64,000 bases of DNA, taken from a virus. The stretch spans positions 17,846-81,845 of the IMG/VR virus record IMGVR_UViG_3300030202_002773, one strand, 5' to 3'. Below, piece by piece: positions 8,670-19,237 of the stretch; position 1 is the first letter of the stretch; every line of letters starts with the position of its first letter. A program made the position numbers and the translations under genes. The notes beneath the pieces are model-generated. The model was given only the letters and a program-made list of their open reading frames with translations. It was not told the DNA's origin and searched no databases.

Positions 8670-11600
8670 ATGTATAAAAAATATCAAAAAGCAGGACCTA
8701 ATGACCCTTCAACTAGTACGCCAACTAATTTAGCACCTGATCCTACAATAGGTAATCAAATGGGTGTTGGGATGGAAGTAGAATGTGATACATCAACAGG
8801 TGCGGGATGTTCAGATAGACTAGGTCGTATGTTTAGATTAGGACTTAAAGGTAGCTTATATGGCCAAAAAGGAGCATATGGACAACCAACAAATCTTGGA
8901 CCAGGGTGGGATCCTGCTAGTGGACAACAGGTAAATAATAGAATAGGTACAAATTACGACTATGACATCACCGGTAATTTAGGTGCTTATCTTAGAACAG
9001 ATTTACAGCCATTACTTTTTCCTAATGATGCAACTAAATTACGTGGTAAAAATTGGGAGCCATGGCACTTAGATCTAGGATACAATAGAAAACAAAACTT
9101 AACAGGAACTAACATGGGAACAGGTAGTAATAATATTACTGCTAAACTAGCTAAGACTAGAGATCAAAAATATGGATCACCAGGATATGGAGGACTTTTT
9201 GGTAATAAAGGTGGTTCTAGTAAATCTGGATATTCATATGGTCTTCAAGGTAATTATAATTACGATACAAAACAATTGGATAATATAGGAGTATTTGGAC
9301 GAACAGGAATGATGGGTCCATTAGGGTTTAGTGGATATGCAGGATTTAATCCTCAAACAGGCAAACCAAATTTTGGAGCTGGTATGAGTGTAAAATTTAA
9401 AAAGGGAGGATTTAGAAAATATCAAAATGGAGGCCAAAATAAAATAAGTGAAAAACAGTATTTTGCTAATTATTTAAAAGAGGCAGAAGCTACTGACGCT
9501 GTAATGAAAACAACACCATCATTAGTTTTAAGACCTGATGGTAAAACTTATTATAACGCATTAGAAAATGGTATATATTATCCATATAATGATTTAAGAG
9601 GTAATGCAACTATTGGTTATGGTAGACATAATGCAACTATTTTAGCTGATTACCCAGATGGTATTTCAGCAGATAAAGCGAATGAATTTTTATTAGAAGA
9701 TATAGATAATAATTTTAACTTAGCTAAAAGACAATTTAATAATGAATATGGAGCAGGTCAATGGGATAATTTAAGTGAAAGAGAACAGTATATGGTAACT
9801 AATCATACTTATAATCCTGGCTCTATATATAAAAAATTTAGTGGTGCTTTACTTAATAAAGATGCTAAAACAGCTGGAGAAGAATATAAGATATACACAT
9901 ATACAAATAAAGGAAAAGAAAATGAAACAAAACAAGAACTTGGAAGAAATAAACTATTCTATGATGCGTATATAAAAGATTATGTAAATAGTATAAATAA
10001 TGCTGAAACACAAGCTCCTCCAGTGCCACAAGATACTGAAGGAAAACTTTATATATCTGGAAATTTTTATAATTCTCTTGAAGATTATCAAAAAGTAGTT
10101 AGAGAATTACAAGATAATCCAAATTACCAAAACGTAGTAGATCAACAAACAGGAGGAATAAAAAAACAAATGGGAGGATCTACGATGAGTAATCCTAGCA
10201 TGTATGCAAGGATGCAACAATTACCTGGAGGAGTTATGCAGCAAATACCAGGATCAGATGCAGTAGAGTTTATAGGACAAACTCATGATCAAGGAGGTAT
10301 TTTAATGGATGCACAAACAGAGGTTGAAGATGGAGAAACAATGGACAAAGTAATTATGAAAAAAGGAGGGGAAAAAGATTATTTCTTTTCTTCGTATTTA
10401 AAAGAAGGTGGTCAGTCTTATGCTGATATGCATAAAGAAATACTTTCAAGAGGAGGAAATCAAGAAGAGATTAATTACTTAGCTTCTATGCAAGAAAAAG
10501 CTGCTAAAAGAAATCCTAATAAAATAGCTAAATTAGGAGGAGTAATGATGTATGCAGAAGGAGGTGCAAAAGATGATATATCTAAAAAAGAAAAGAAAGA
10601 ATTTCAAAAAGAAAAATATAAATATTATAATGGACCTCTTTCTTTTAGAAAATGGAATAAACAAAATCCATTTAATATAGAAGAATATATGGAATATATG
10701 AATCCTGTAGAAGAAATAACAGAAGAAGCGCCTGTAGAAACTATAGGACTTAGACAAGATCTTCCAGGAGCATATGGATATAGAGCAGATGCTGGAGATG
10801 GATATACTATTTGTCAATCTGGTAACTGTCAAGATGGAACAGGAGTTATGTATACATATTATAAAGAGAATCCAGATGAATTGGGTGGAGGAACAGATGG
10901 AACAGTAATTGGTATGTATGAAGGAGAATTTAAAGATGGTAAGCCTGTAGGTCAAGGAAAATTTACATGGAATGATATAGATCAATCTTTAGAAGATGGA
11001 GTGCCATTTGTAGCATGGCAGTATTCTAGCGAAGGGCAGTTTGCAGTAGATAATACAGGACATCCTGAATTACAAAATGGAGTTAAAGATTGGGGAGATC
11101 TTGGCGTGTCGTCAGGAATATTTACTGATGGTAAATTAACTTCTGGAATGTTAGTTAAAGGCGGTGAAACTACTAATTATGAAGATGGAGAAACAACTAA
11201 GAAATTTTCAAAAGAATTAAAAACTAATTTAACAGATTTAGGAATATTAGAAAAAGTTCCTTTTAAATATTCACAAGGAGATATTGGTACTGAATACAAA
11301 GAAATGAAAAATGCTAAGGGTTATACGCAGCCTACAAAAGACGAATTAAATGCGTTTGGGTATAATAGTTTTGATGAGTTTAGAGCAGATTATGAAAGAC
11401 TAGTAGATGATTCTTATGATTGGAAAAATATTACACACTGGGGTAAACAACATGAAGATGCTTTAGGAGAAATACAAAATGCAATAGAAAATAATTCATT
11501 TACTACAACAGGTACATTTATTCCAAAAGTTAAAAAGGACCTAAAACTTGATGAAAGTAAAACAATTATAGGAGATTATATAAATACTGATGGTACAATT

Positions 11601-12479
11601 AGACCAAAATGCCCTTGTGAACCTATGTTATTTGCAGATCAACCAGAATGTGATTGTGAAGATGCTGATGATAATAATACTAAAAAAAGTAGACTGTTTG
11701 GATTTGACAATAAAACAGTTCCAGGGCTAGCTATAGCTTCAGGATTAGCTCAAACAATTCCTGCTATATATGCAATGACACACAATCAACCAACTCCTGA
11801 TCAAGTTCCATTTGCATCTGGAGTTACAAGTCCTGTAGTACCAGGAAGATTAAGAGCTGAAAAATTAAGTCATGTTAATATGAATCTTGAAAGATCAATG
11901 AATGACGCACGACTTAGAGAAATGAATCAGTTTATAGATACTTCTGGAGGAGGCCCTGCTAATTTAATAAATAGAATGGCAGCCTGGGGTAAAAAACATC
12001 AAGGAGATATGGAAATTGCAAAAGCAGAAAAAGAAGCTAATATAAATATATCAAATCAAAATGCAATGATGCAGAATCAAACAAATCTTCATAATATAAG
12101 AAATGAGCAAGAAGCAGCTTTAGGTAATATGCAAATGCAAGCGTCTGAAGCACAAAGACTTAACGAAGTAATGGCTATTAATACTGCAGCTAAAAATAAG
12201 ATTAAAGATGATGAAGAATATATGAAATATGCAGGAATTATATCTGCATCACAAGGAGTAGGTAGTATATTTGGAGACATGTTAGATTATCAAGGAGATA
12301 TGTACAGAGCTGAAGGTTACGATATAGAGGGTACTACACAACGTATGTTATTAAGAAGACATTTAGGTAAAAATCTTAAAGATCCAAATACTGGAGCTTC
12401 ATTTTGTGAAGGATGTACACAAGAAGATATAGCTAAATATTATAATACTTTTTATCCAAAACAACAATCAATTATATAA
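8670..12479 (+). CDS. Virion cargo polyprotein with lysozyme (GH24-like) and MORN-like modules
   Basis: 'YPYNDLRGNATIGYG' lysozyme motif; 'GQTHDQGGI..EVEDGET' segment resembling crAss cargo proteins; 'CQSGNCQDGTG...MYEGEFKDGKPVGQGKFTW' MORN-like repeats; C-terminal Gln/Asn-rich coil. Confidence 0.65.
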   Translation: MYKKYQKAGPNDPSTSTPTNLAPDPTIGNQMGVGMEVECDTSTGAGCSDRLGRMFRLGLKGSLYGQKGAYGQPTNLGPGWDPASGQQVNNRIGTNYDYDITGNLGAYLRTDLQPLLFPNDATKLRGKNWEPWHLDLGYNRKQNLTGTNMGTGSNNITAKLAKTRDQKYGSPGYGGLFGNKGGSSKSGYSYGLQGNYNYDTKQLDNIGVFGRTGMMGPLGFSGYAGFNPQTGKPNFGAGMSVKFKKGGFRKYQNGGQNKISEKQYFANYLKEAEATDAVMKTTPSLVLRPDGKTYYNALENGIYYPYNDLRGNATIGYGRHNATILADYPDGISADKANEFLLEDIDNNFNLAKRQFNNEYGAGQWDNLSEREQYMVTNHTYNPGSIYKKFSGALLNKDAKTAGEEYKIYTYTNKGKENETKQELGRNKLFYDAYIKDYVNSINNAETQAPPVPQDTEGKLYISGNFYNSLEDYQKVVRELQDNPNYQNVVDQQTGGIKKQMGGSTMSNPSMYARMQQLPGGVMQQIPGSDAVEFIGQTHDQGGILMDAQTEVEDGETMDKVIMKKGGEKDYFFSSYLKEGGQSYADMHKEILSRGGNQEEINYLASMQEKAAKRNPNKIAKLGGVMMYAEGGAKDDISKKEKKEFQKEKYKYYNGPLSFRKWNKQNPFNIEEYMEYMNPVEEITEEAPVETIGLRQDLPGAYGYRADAGDGYTICQSGNCQDGTGVMYTYYKENPDELGGGTDGTVIGMYEGEFKDGKPVGQGKFTWNDIDQSLEDGVPFVAWQYSSEGQFAVDNTGHPELQNGVKDWGDLGVSSGIFTDGKLTSGMLVKGGETTNYEDGETTKKFSKELKTNLTDLGILEKVPFKYSQGDIGTEYKEMKNAKGYTQPTKDELNAFGYNSFDEFRADYERLVDDSYDWKNITHWGKQHEDALGEIQNAIENNSFTTTGTFIPKVKKDLKLDESKTIIGDYINTDGTIRPKCPCEPMLFADQPECDCEDADDNNTKKSRLFGFDNKTVPGLAIASGLAQTIPAIYAMTHNQPTPDQVPFASGVTSPVVPGRLRAEKLSHVNMNLERSMNDARLREMNQFIDTSGGGPANLINRMAAWGKKHQGDMEIAKAEKEANINISNQNAMMQNQTNLHNIRNEQEAALGNMQMQASEAQRLNEVMAINTAAKNKIKDDEEYMKYAGIISASQGVGSIFGDMLDYQGDMYRAEGYDIEGTTQRMLLRRHLGKNLKDPNTGASFCEGCTQEDIAKYYNTFYPKQQSII

Positions 12480-12482
12480 AAC

Positions 12483-15257
12483 ATGGCAAGAATAAATATA
12501 CCAAAACCAATAAGTACATATAGAGATTTAGGAACAGTTGAATTAGCTAAATTAGCTAGAAATCAATATATAGAAGGATATTCTGCAGCTGATGAATTTT
12601 CAAACTCTGTACATAATATGCAATCTTTATCAAAAGATGATCATTTAAAAAATAAACTTTCTACTGAATATACACAAATGTTAGAAGGATGGTCTGACCG
12701 TGGAGATTACGAAACTTTAGGAATAGCTATAAATAAAGGAGCTAATCAATTTGTTAGAGATTATTCGCCTATAGAACAAAGTGTTAAAAGTAGAACTGAA
12801 TATCAGGAAAGATTACAAAAAGCATATGAAGATGGTAATATTAATTCAAGAACTTTAAGGGATAGATTAGCTCAATCAGATTATATGTATCAAGGTATTC
12901 AATATGGAGAAGATGGATCTTTAGATCAGCAGTCTGTTTATAGTGGTAAACAATTTTATAATGATGTAGATATTACAGAAAAAGTAATAGAGAGAATGAA
13001 AAGTATTAAGCCTTTTATTCGTGAAAATTTAGGTACTGAAGTTCCATATAATGAAAATATGGAAATTACTACTACTCAAGGATTACGAGGAGAACCTAAA
13101 TATTGGGTTACAACTAAAGGTAAAACATCACAAATTCCTGATAATATAATTCAAATGGTTGTTAATGATGTAATGTCAGATCCTGATGTTTCTGCTTCTT
13201 TAGCGCAACAGGTAGAATTAGATACATATCAACTTGGAGAAACAGATCCAACTACTGGAAATTCTCGTGCATTAGATTATATTACTAAATTAATAAATAA
13301 AGGAGATGTTAAACAAGAAGAAATAGCTCCTATAGTAGAACAGATGGGACCTCTAGTTGCTTTACAAAATTTATTATATCAAGATGCTGTTAATAGAGAA
13401 ACACAATTAGCATTAGGATCTTATGGTGGAGTTAGACAGCAGTCACATGGACAAACAATTGAAATAGATGATCTTTATAAATTAAACTATAAAGCTAAAA
13501 TAGATAAAGCTAAAAAAATAACAACAAGTGCAGATGATGAATTATCTTATAGTGCAACTGTTAGTACAAAAGCATTAACTACTACTTTTGAAGAAGGTGA
13601 AGAAATGTTAGAAACTGAAATAAAAAGTATGAAATCTAACTTATCTAAAGTTTCACAGCATTTAAATGTAAATCCAGATAATATTCAGTATGATGATCAA
13701 GGTAATGAAATTCCAAGTAAAGGAGAAGGTTTAGCTGTAGGTGATATGGATCCAAGACAAATTTATGAAAGTGCAAATCAGTTAGTAGATGCGTGGAGAA
13801 CTGCTTCTGCAAAAGCTAATATTATACCGTTAGATTATATGGGGTGGAGAAATTCAGGAAAAATACCTCCACAAGGAAAAGAAGAAGGTCAAGATGAATA
13901 TTTAGCACGTTTAGATGAAGCATACAATGGATATGTAAATAATCTTAAGACTCAATCACAAGCAGGACTTACATATTTACAAAATACTGCAGCAATTAAT
14001 GATTTAGATGTAGGTCAATTTAACAGTCTTATGGAAGTACTTTCTAGTAATACTACTACGTATGATGTAATTGATTCTAAACTGTATGGTAATATTGATG
14101 GTCTTAGTGTTCCTAATACTGAAGGATATGGTAATAATTTAAGTGTAGCTGAATTTAAAGATATTAGAGGTAATCAATTATTAGGAGCAGAAATGGGACA
14201 TGAGAATTCTGACTTAAAAATTTCAGGTCAAGACATTGTAGATGCATATAATTATATGGCTGCAAATGATATGTTAAAATTAGAAATGGAGGGTGAAAGA
14301 GATTTACCTAAATCAATATCTCATTTAGGAGAATTACCTGAAATGTTCTATGCAGGAAACATTTTTGAATCTTTTGCATTTGCCGGTAATTCAAATGAAA
14401 ATATTCATGGTTTAATTGGGGCCTTAGCTGAAATTAAACGAGGTCAAGGATACAAAGTTGCGGGAACTTACCAAAGAGGTACGGGAGAATATACATGGGC
14501 AGGAGTAGATAATGGGTATAGATTTGATGAAGGTAACCAGCAATATTCATTTAATTTAGGAATACAAGAATTTATTAATCAATTAAATGATGATACTAAG
14601 TTAACTAAAAATAAATTTAAAGAGCAGTATGCAAATTCAGAAGATGTTATGTTAGAGTCTTTTGTTATTACTAATTTTGGATCTAATTATGAAACATCTA
14701 GTATAGCTAAAAATGAGTTAGTAGATTTCTTTAAAGGTAATGCAATACCTCCTAACTTCTCAATAAGAGAAGCGCAAGGTCAAAGTCCTAATTTAGAATT
14801 TGAAGGAGGATTTATAAATTCTGAAAATGGCGAAAGTAATCATTTTGGATATAATGTAGAATATAATATTTTAGAAGATCAAATGGGTGTTTTAAATGTA
14901 CAATTAGGAGATGATGGAGTTAATGTGTATGTACCTATTAAAATTACAAACTCTCCACCATCAAACAGTAATGCTACTGACCATAAAGGTAAAGTATTTA
15001 ATATGTTAATTCCAACTAAAAACTTTAATCTTCCAGCTTTAAGTCAATATGTTAATAGTGCAGAAATGGAAATTAATACTTTATGGAATATGGGTGTAGC
15101 TAATAGAAATACTACATGGAGTCCTAAAAGATATTCAAATGTAACATTTAATTATAATAATGAAACTGTTGTTATTAATGGAGAAGAACACAGTAAACAA
15201 AAAGGATTATCAATTTTAGTACAAAATGAGCTTAATAGAAGAAATATTAAACAATAG
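12483..15257 (+). CDS. Virion cargo/ejection protein, 924 aa
   Basis: Long helical ORF in the position of crAss cargo genes upstream of the RNAP cluster; no catalytic motif recognised. Confidence 0.55.
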   Translation: MARINIPKPISTYRDLGTVELAKLARNQYIEGYSAADEFSNSVHNMQSLSKDDHLKNKLSTEYTQMLEGWSDRGDYETLGIAINKGANQFVRDYSPIEQSVKSRTEYQERLQKAYEDGNINSRTLRDRLAQSDYMYQGIQYGEDGSLDQQSVYSGKQFYNDVDITEKVIERMKSIKPFIRENLGTEVPYNENMEITTTQGLRGEPKYWVTTKGKTSQIPDNIIQMVVNDVMSDPDVSASLAQQVELDTYQLGETDPTTGNSRALDYITKLINKGDVKQEEIAPIVEQMGPLVALQNLLYQDAVNRETQLALGSYGGVRQQSHGQTIEIDDLYKLNYKAKIDKAKKITTSADDELSYSATVSTKALTTTFEEGEEMLETEIKSMKSNLSKVSQHLNVNPDNIQYDDQGNEIPSKGEGLAVGDMDPRQIYESANQLVDAWRTASAKANIIPLDYMGWRNSGKIPPQGKEEGQDEYLARLDEAYNGYVNNLKTQSQAGLTYLQNTAAINDLDVGQFNSLMEVLSSNTTTYDVIDSKLYGNIDGLSVPNTEGYGNNLSVAEFKDIRGNQLLGAEMGHENSDLKISGQDIVDAYNYMAANDMLKLEMEGERDLPKSISHLGELPEMFYAGNIFESFAFAGNSNENIHGLIGALAEIKRGQGYKVAGTYQRGTGEYTWAGVDNGYRFDEGNQQYSFNLGIQEFINQLNDDTKLTKNKFKEQYANSEDVMLESFVITNFGSNYETSSIAKNELVDFFKGNAIPPNFSIREAQGQSPNLEFEGGFINSENGESNHFGYNVEYNILEDQMGVLNVQLGDDGVNVYVPIKITNSPPSNSNATDHKGKVFNMLIPTKNFNLPALSQYVNSAEMEINTLWNMGVANRNTTWSPKRYSNVTFNYNNETVVINGEEHSKQKGLSILVQNELNRRNIKQ

Positions 15258-15262
15258 CCAAT

Positions 15263-18200
15263 ATGCCAATAGAAATAGATCCAAATATACAGTTTCCTAC
15301 TACAAAGGTTCCTAGAAATAAAACAAATGATCCTAAATGGGTAGATCCTAATACTCCACTTGTATATGGTCCAAAGAGTGGAAGAATAACTTCTCCTGCA
15401 ATACACAGTCATAGAGACTTATCATGGAAATTATGGGATCCAAATTCTGGAGAATATGAAAACGTTTCAAAGTATAGTAAATATGGAGTTATGTTTAGTG
15501 CTTATGGGCCTTCTTGGCAAGAACAAAGAGCAAGAGGACAAAGCACTGGAGAAAAATGGAATCACGGACTTAAAAAAGCAGCTGTAACTACTGGAGGAGC
15601 TATTGTAGAAAATACTTTAGGTGTTATAGCTGGGGTAGGAGAATTACTAAGTGGTGGTCAATATCATGATAATTCTATTGGGCATATGGTAGATGGGTGG
15701 AATGATTGGGCTAGAAAAGAAATGCCTAATTATTATACTGAAAAAGAAAAAAATATGGGACTTTATGGTAGAATGGGAACTGCTAATTTTTGGGCTGATA
15801 AAGTTGCTAATGGTGCAGGATATACTATAGGGTCATTAGCTACTATGTACCTTACAGGAGGATATGGTCTTATAGGTTTAAGTTCTAAAGCATTAAACAT
15901 GAGTAGTAAAGCTGCTAATATAACAAAAGCACAAAAAATATATAAACTATATAAATCAGCTCAAGGTACTAAAAGAGGAGAGAAATTATTATCAATGTAT
16001 AGTAAAATGAATACAGGACAAAAGTTTAGAAATGGACTTTTAACATTAGAAGCTGGAGCAATGATGTCTTTAGCAGAATCTTCTGTAGAAGCTAGAGAAA
16101 CTCAAAAAAATATAAAATCTCAATTATTAGAAGAAGCAAAAGAAAAATATCCTAATGGAGTACCTGAAAATGTGTTAGCAGAAATTGAATCTTTATCTCA
16201 ATCGGCAGGTAATAGTTCTTTTGTAGGAAATATGACTATTTTATCTTTATCTAATATAGCTATGTTTAATAGATTTTTAGCTGGAGGAGTTACAAAACAA
16301 AGTTTAAAGAGTGGGGTTACAGGTGGAGGATTAACAAAAACTGGAACTAAAACTGTCGTAGATAAAGGATCTTCATCTTTTTTTGGAAGAGCTAGAAAAT
16401 GGACAAAACCTTTAAGAAGAGGTGCACTTATAGAAAGTCTTCAAGAAGGAGGTCAATACGCAACAAACATAGCTTCTACAGAATACTATTCATCTAGATT
16501 TGACAATAAAGGAGGTATAACTATGATGCAAGCTCTTAATGAAGGAGTATCTAGAACATTTGGAGAAACAGAAGGATTAGAGTCAATGATGATAGGAGCT
16601 ATAATTGGGGGAGTTTCAGGAGGTGTAACTGGAACAATAGGTCCAATAAAACAAAGAAATAAATTAGCAAAAAAAGTACAAGAAATTATTAATGATGATG
16701 CTTTTATGAATATTGTTGATAGAAGTCAAGCTAATGCACGTACTTCACATTTTTTAGACAAAGCTGATAAATATAGAGCTGAAGGGAAAGATAAGTTAGC
16801 AGATCAAGCTATGACTCAAGCTTTTATAAGTGAAATATCTACTTTAGATAATGCAGGAACATTAGAATTTTTTACAGAAAGATTAGAAGATTTTAAATCT
16901 CTTTCTGATACAGAATTTAAAAAATTATTTGGTATAGCTGAAGATACACAAATAGATAAAAATCAAGTTATTGATAATATGATAGAAGAAACTGAAAGCA
17001 TAGTTAAAAGAAAAGATGCTTTAGATTTAATGTTTCCAGCTGAAAAAACAAGAGGTTTACCAAGACGTATGATGAGTGAAGAAGCTAAGGCTGAAGAAGA
17101 CCAAAGAATTAAAGAAACAATGATTTTAAAAGATCATCTATTGCAAAATGCAGTATTTTTAGATCAAGTAGAAAATCAAAAAAGAGATAAAGCAAGAGAG
17201 ATAGATGAATTATATCCAGGCATAACATTAAGTACTTTAGAAGAGCAAGCAGATTTAGCTACAGAAGAATATGATTTATTAGTTGAACAGTATATTAGAA
17301 AAGCAGGGGCAGCTGAAGAAGTAGATGAAAGTGGTACTCCTATAACAAATGAAAGTCAAATTCCTGAAGCAGATTTATTAGCTATGCATCAACAAGCTTT
17401 TGGTAATTTTGTTACTAGTGTAGCAGAATCTGTTAAAAATATTAATTTAAATCACCCTTTAGATAAACAAGCTTTAATGGGTAGTCTTCAAGAATACTAT
17501 GGAATACATCGTAGTTTACAAGGTCTTATGGAGTCTTTTAATAGACTTCAAACTAATGAAGGTAAAAATAACTATATAAGAGCAGCTTTAATAGATGGAA
17601 AACAAAGTATAAAAGATGCTGGTAATAGAAGAGCTGATGAAATTTTAAATAATGAATCTGATCCTGACAATGCTATGGATAATATTCCTCCTAATGCTAG
17701 TAAAGCAAAAAAAGCTGAAATAGAAGAGGAAGTTAAAAGAATGAAAAAAGAAGAGCTAGCATTGTTAAATAAGTATGGAGATCCTGGAGTTTCTGTAGAA
17801 ACTATAGATAAAGAAATTGAAAGACTTAAAAAAAATCTACAAGATATTAAAGATAATCCTAAAGCTGCTAAAGATTTAAATTTTAAAATTAAAGTTTTAG
17901 AAACTGTTAAAACTGTAAAACTTAGTCCTGAAACTTCTATAGCTGAAAAAGACGCTAAGTCTGAAGTTGCTACTGAAGAAGAAGTTACCGAAGAAAATAA
18001 AGTTGAGCAGACAGGAAGAGGAAGAAGACAAATTGATAGAATAAAAAAGAAATATGAAAGTGCAAAACAGCCTCAAGAAAAATTAGGTTTAATACAAGAT
18101 TTTATTAATAATGTATATCAAGGTGCTGAGGCTACTCAAGAAGAAATAGATTTCTTTAATAATGAAATAGAAGCTCTTAAAAAAGAAGGGTTTGAACTAC

Positions 18201-19237
18201 AAATGGAGACACAACCTGGGAATAGATGGAATGAAGGTATGAATGTAGAAGTTATATGGCGTCTAGATGATACTTTACCAGAAGGTGTTACAGTAATAGA
18301 TAGAGTAGATGAGCCTGGCATTATGAAAGATGGGCAATTACAAAGAAGAGCAAAAATAACAGTAAAACGAGGAGAGAAAAAAGGAACTGAAAGACCTGCT
18401 TTAGTTGAAGCTAGAAATAAAGCTGAAGCTATACCAGGGACAGGGAAAAAGAAACTAGATACAATAAAAAAAGCTAGTCAAGCTCTTAGTGACTTTGATA
18501 ATCAATTTACTAATCCTTTTAATCTTGCTGATTTAGCAAGTGAAGAATCAATAGTTTCTACTGAAACTGAAGTTGCTCCTATAGATCAAAGAGAGTATGA
18601 AATTCATTTAGAAGGTAATTGGGGTGAATTAAAACCTGGTTGGGGAGTATGGGAAGAGTTATCTATAGATGGAATAAAAATAGGAGATCAACGATTTACA
18701 GAACAAAAAGATATTTCATTTCTAGAAACAGAAAATAAAGATTACAGAATATTTACAATTACAGATAGAACATCTAGAGATACTTCAGGTAGAAGTGGAG
18801 GTGTTAGTGTGTCTATGGTGTTTCCTAAAGATACGTCAAGAACTTTAGCCGATGTTAAAGAAAATTTATTAACTTTGAACGCTGAAATACAAGGAACTAG
18901 AGATCGTATACATTTTGACAGCAAAGCAATACAGGCTATTCAAAGAATGGATATGAAAGAAATAGCTACTCCTACTGTGAATGAAGAAATAGTTATAGAA
19001 GATAACACTTCTAAAGAAGAAATAATTATAAAAGAGGAATTAAGTGCGGTAGAAGAAGATAGATTAAAAAACGAGCTAGAAACAGATGTACAAACAGATA
19101 TATCAACTGAAATGGCTGAAGTAGATCAAATACCTATTACAGAAATGAATGGTTACTATCAAGATCTTTTAGTTGAAGAAGAAGAGCTTCGTAAAAGGTT
19201 AGAAGAAGAAGATGATAATTGTAAAACTAAAAAATAA
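15263..19237 (+). CDS. Giant ejected protein 1 (RNAP-associated), with membrane-type N-terminal segments and a GrpE-like insert
   Basis: 'RARGQSTGEKWNHGL', 'NFWADKVANGAGYTIGS' and 'IGAIIGGVSGG' resemble the first giant gene of the crAss RNAP cluster; acidic C-terminus. Confidence 0.65.
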   Translation: MPIEIDPNIQFPTTKVPRNKTNDPKWVDPNTPLVYGPKSGRITSPAIHSHRDLSWKLWDPNSGEYENVSKYSKYGVMFSAYGPSWQEQRARGQSTGEKWNHGLKKAAVTTGGAIVENTLGVIAGVGELLSGGQYHDNSIGHMVDGWNDWARKEMPNYYTEKEKNMGLYGRMGTANFWADKVANGAGYTIGSLATMYLTGGYGLIGLSSKALNMSSKAANITKAQKIYKLYKSAQGTKRGEKLLSMYSKMNTGQKFRNGLLTLEAGAMMSLAESSVEARETQKNIKSQLLEEAKEKYPNGVPENVLAEIESLSQSAGNSSFVGNMTILSLSNIAMFNRFLAGGVTKQSLKSGVTGGGLTKTGTKTVVDKGSSSFFGRARKWTKPLRRGALIESLQEGGQYATNIASTEYYSSRFDNKGGITMMQALNEGVSRTFGETEGLESMMIGAIIGGVSGGVTGTIGPIKQRNKLAKKVQEIINDDAFMNIVDRSQANARTSHFLDKADKYRAEGKDKLADQAMTQAFISEISTLDNAGTLEFFTERLEDFKSLSDTEFKKLFGIAEDTQIDKNQVIDNMIEETESIVKRKDALDLMFPAEKTRGLPRRMMSEEAKAEEDQRIKETMILKDHLLQNAVFLDQVENQKRDKAREIDELYPGITLSTLEEQADLATEEYDLLVEQYIRKAGAAEEVDESGTPITNESQIPEADLLAMHQQAFGNFVTSVAESVKNINLNHPLDKQALMGSLQEYYGIHRSLQGLMESFNRLQTNEGKNNYIRAALIDGKQSIKDAGNRRADEILNNESDPDNAMDNIPPNASKAKKAEIEEEVKRMKKEELALLNKYGDPGVSVETIDKEIERLKKNLQDIKDNPKAAKDLNFKIKVLETVKTVKLSPETSIAEKDAKSEVATEEEVTEENKVEQTGRGRRQIDRIKKKYESAKQPQEKLGLIQDFINNVYQGAEATQEEIDFFNNEIEALKKEGFELQMETQPGNRWNEGMNVEVIWRLDDTLPEGVTVIDRVDEPGIMKDGQLQRRAKITVKRGEKKGTERPALVEARNKAEAIPGTGKKKLDTIKKASQALSDFDNQFTNPFNLADLASEESIVSTETEVAPIDQREYEIHLEGNWGELKPGWGVWEELSIDGIKIGDQRFTEQKDISFLETENKDYRIFTITDRTSRDTSGRSGGVSVSMVFPKDTSRTLADVKENLLTLNAEIQGTRDRIHFDSKAIQAIQRMDMKEIATPTVNEEIVIEDNTSKEEIIIKEELSAVEEDRLKNELETDVQTDISTEMAEVDQIPITEMNGYYQDLLVEEEELRKRLEEEDDNCKTKK

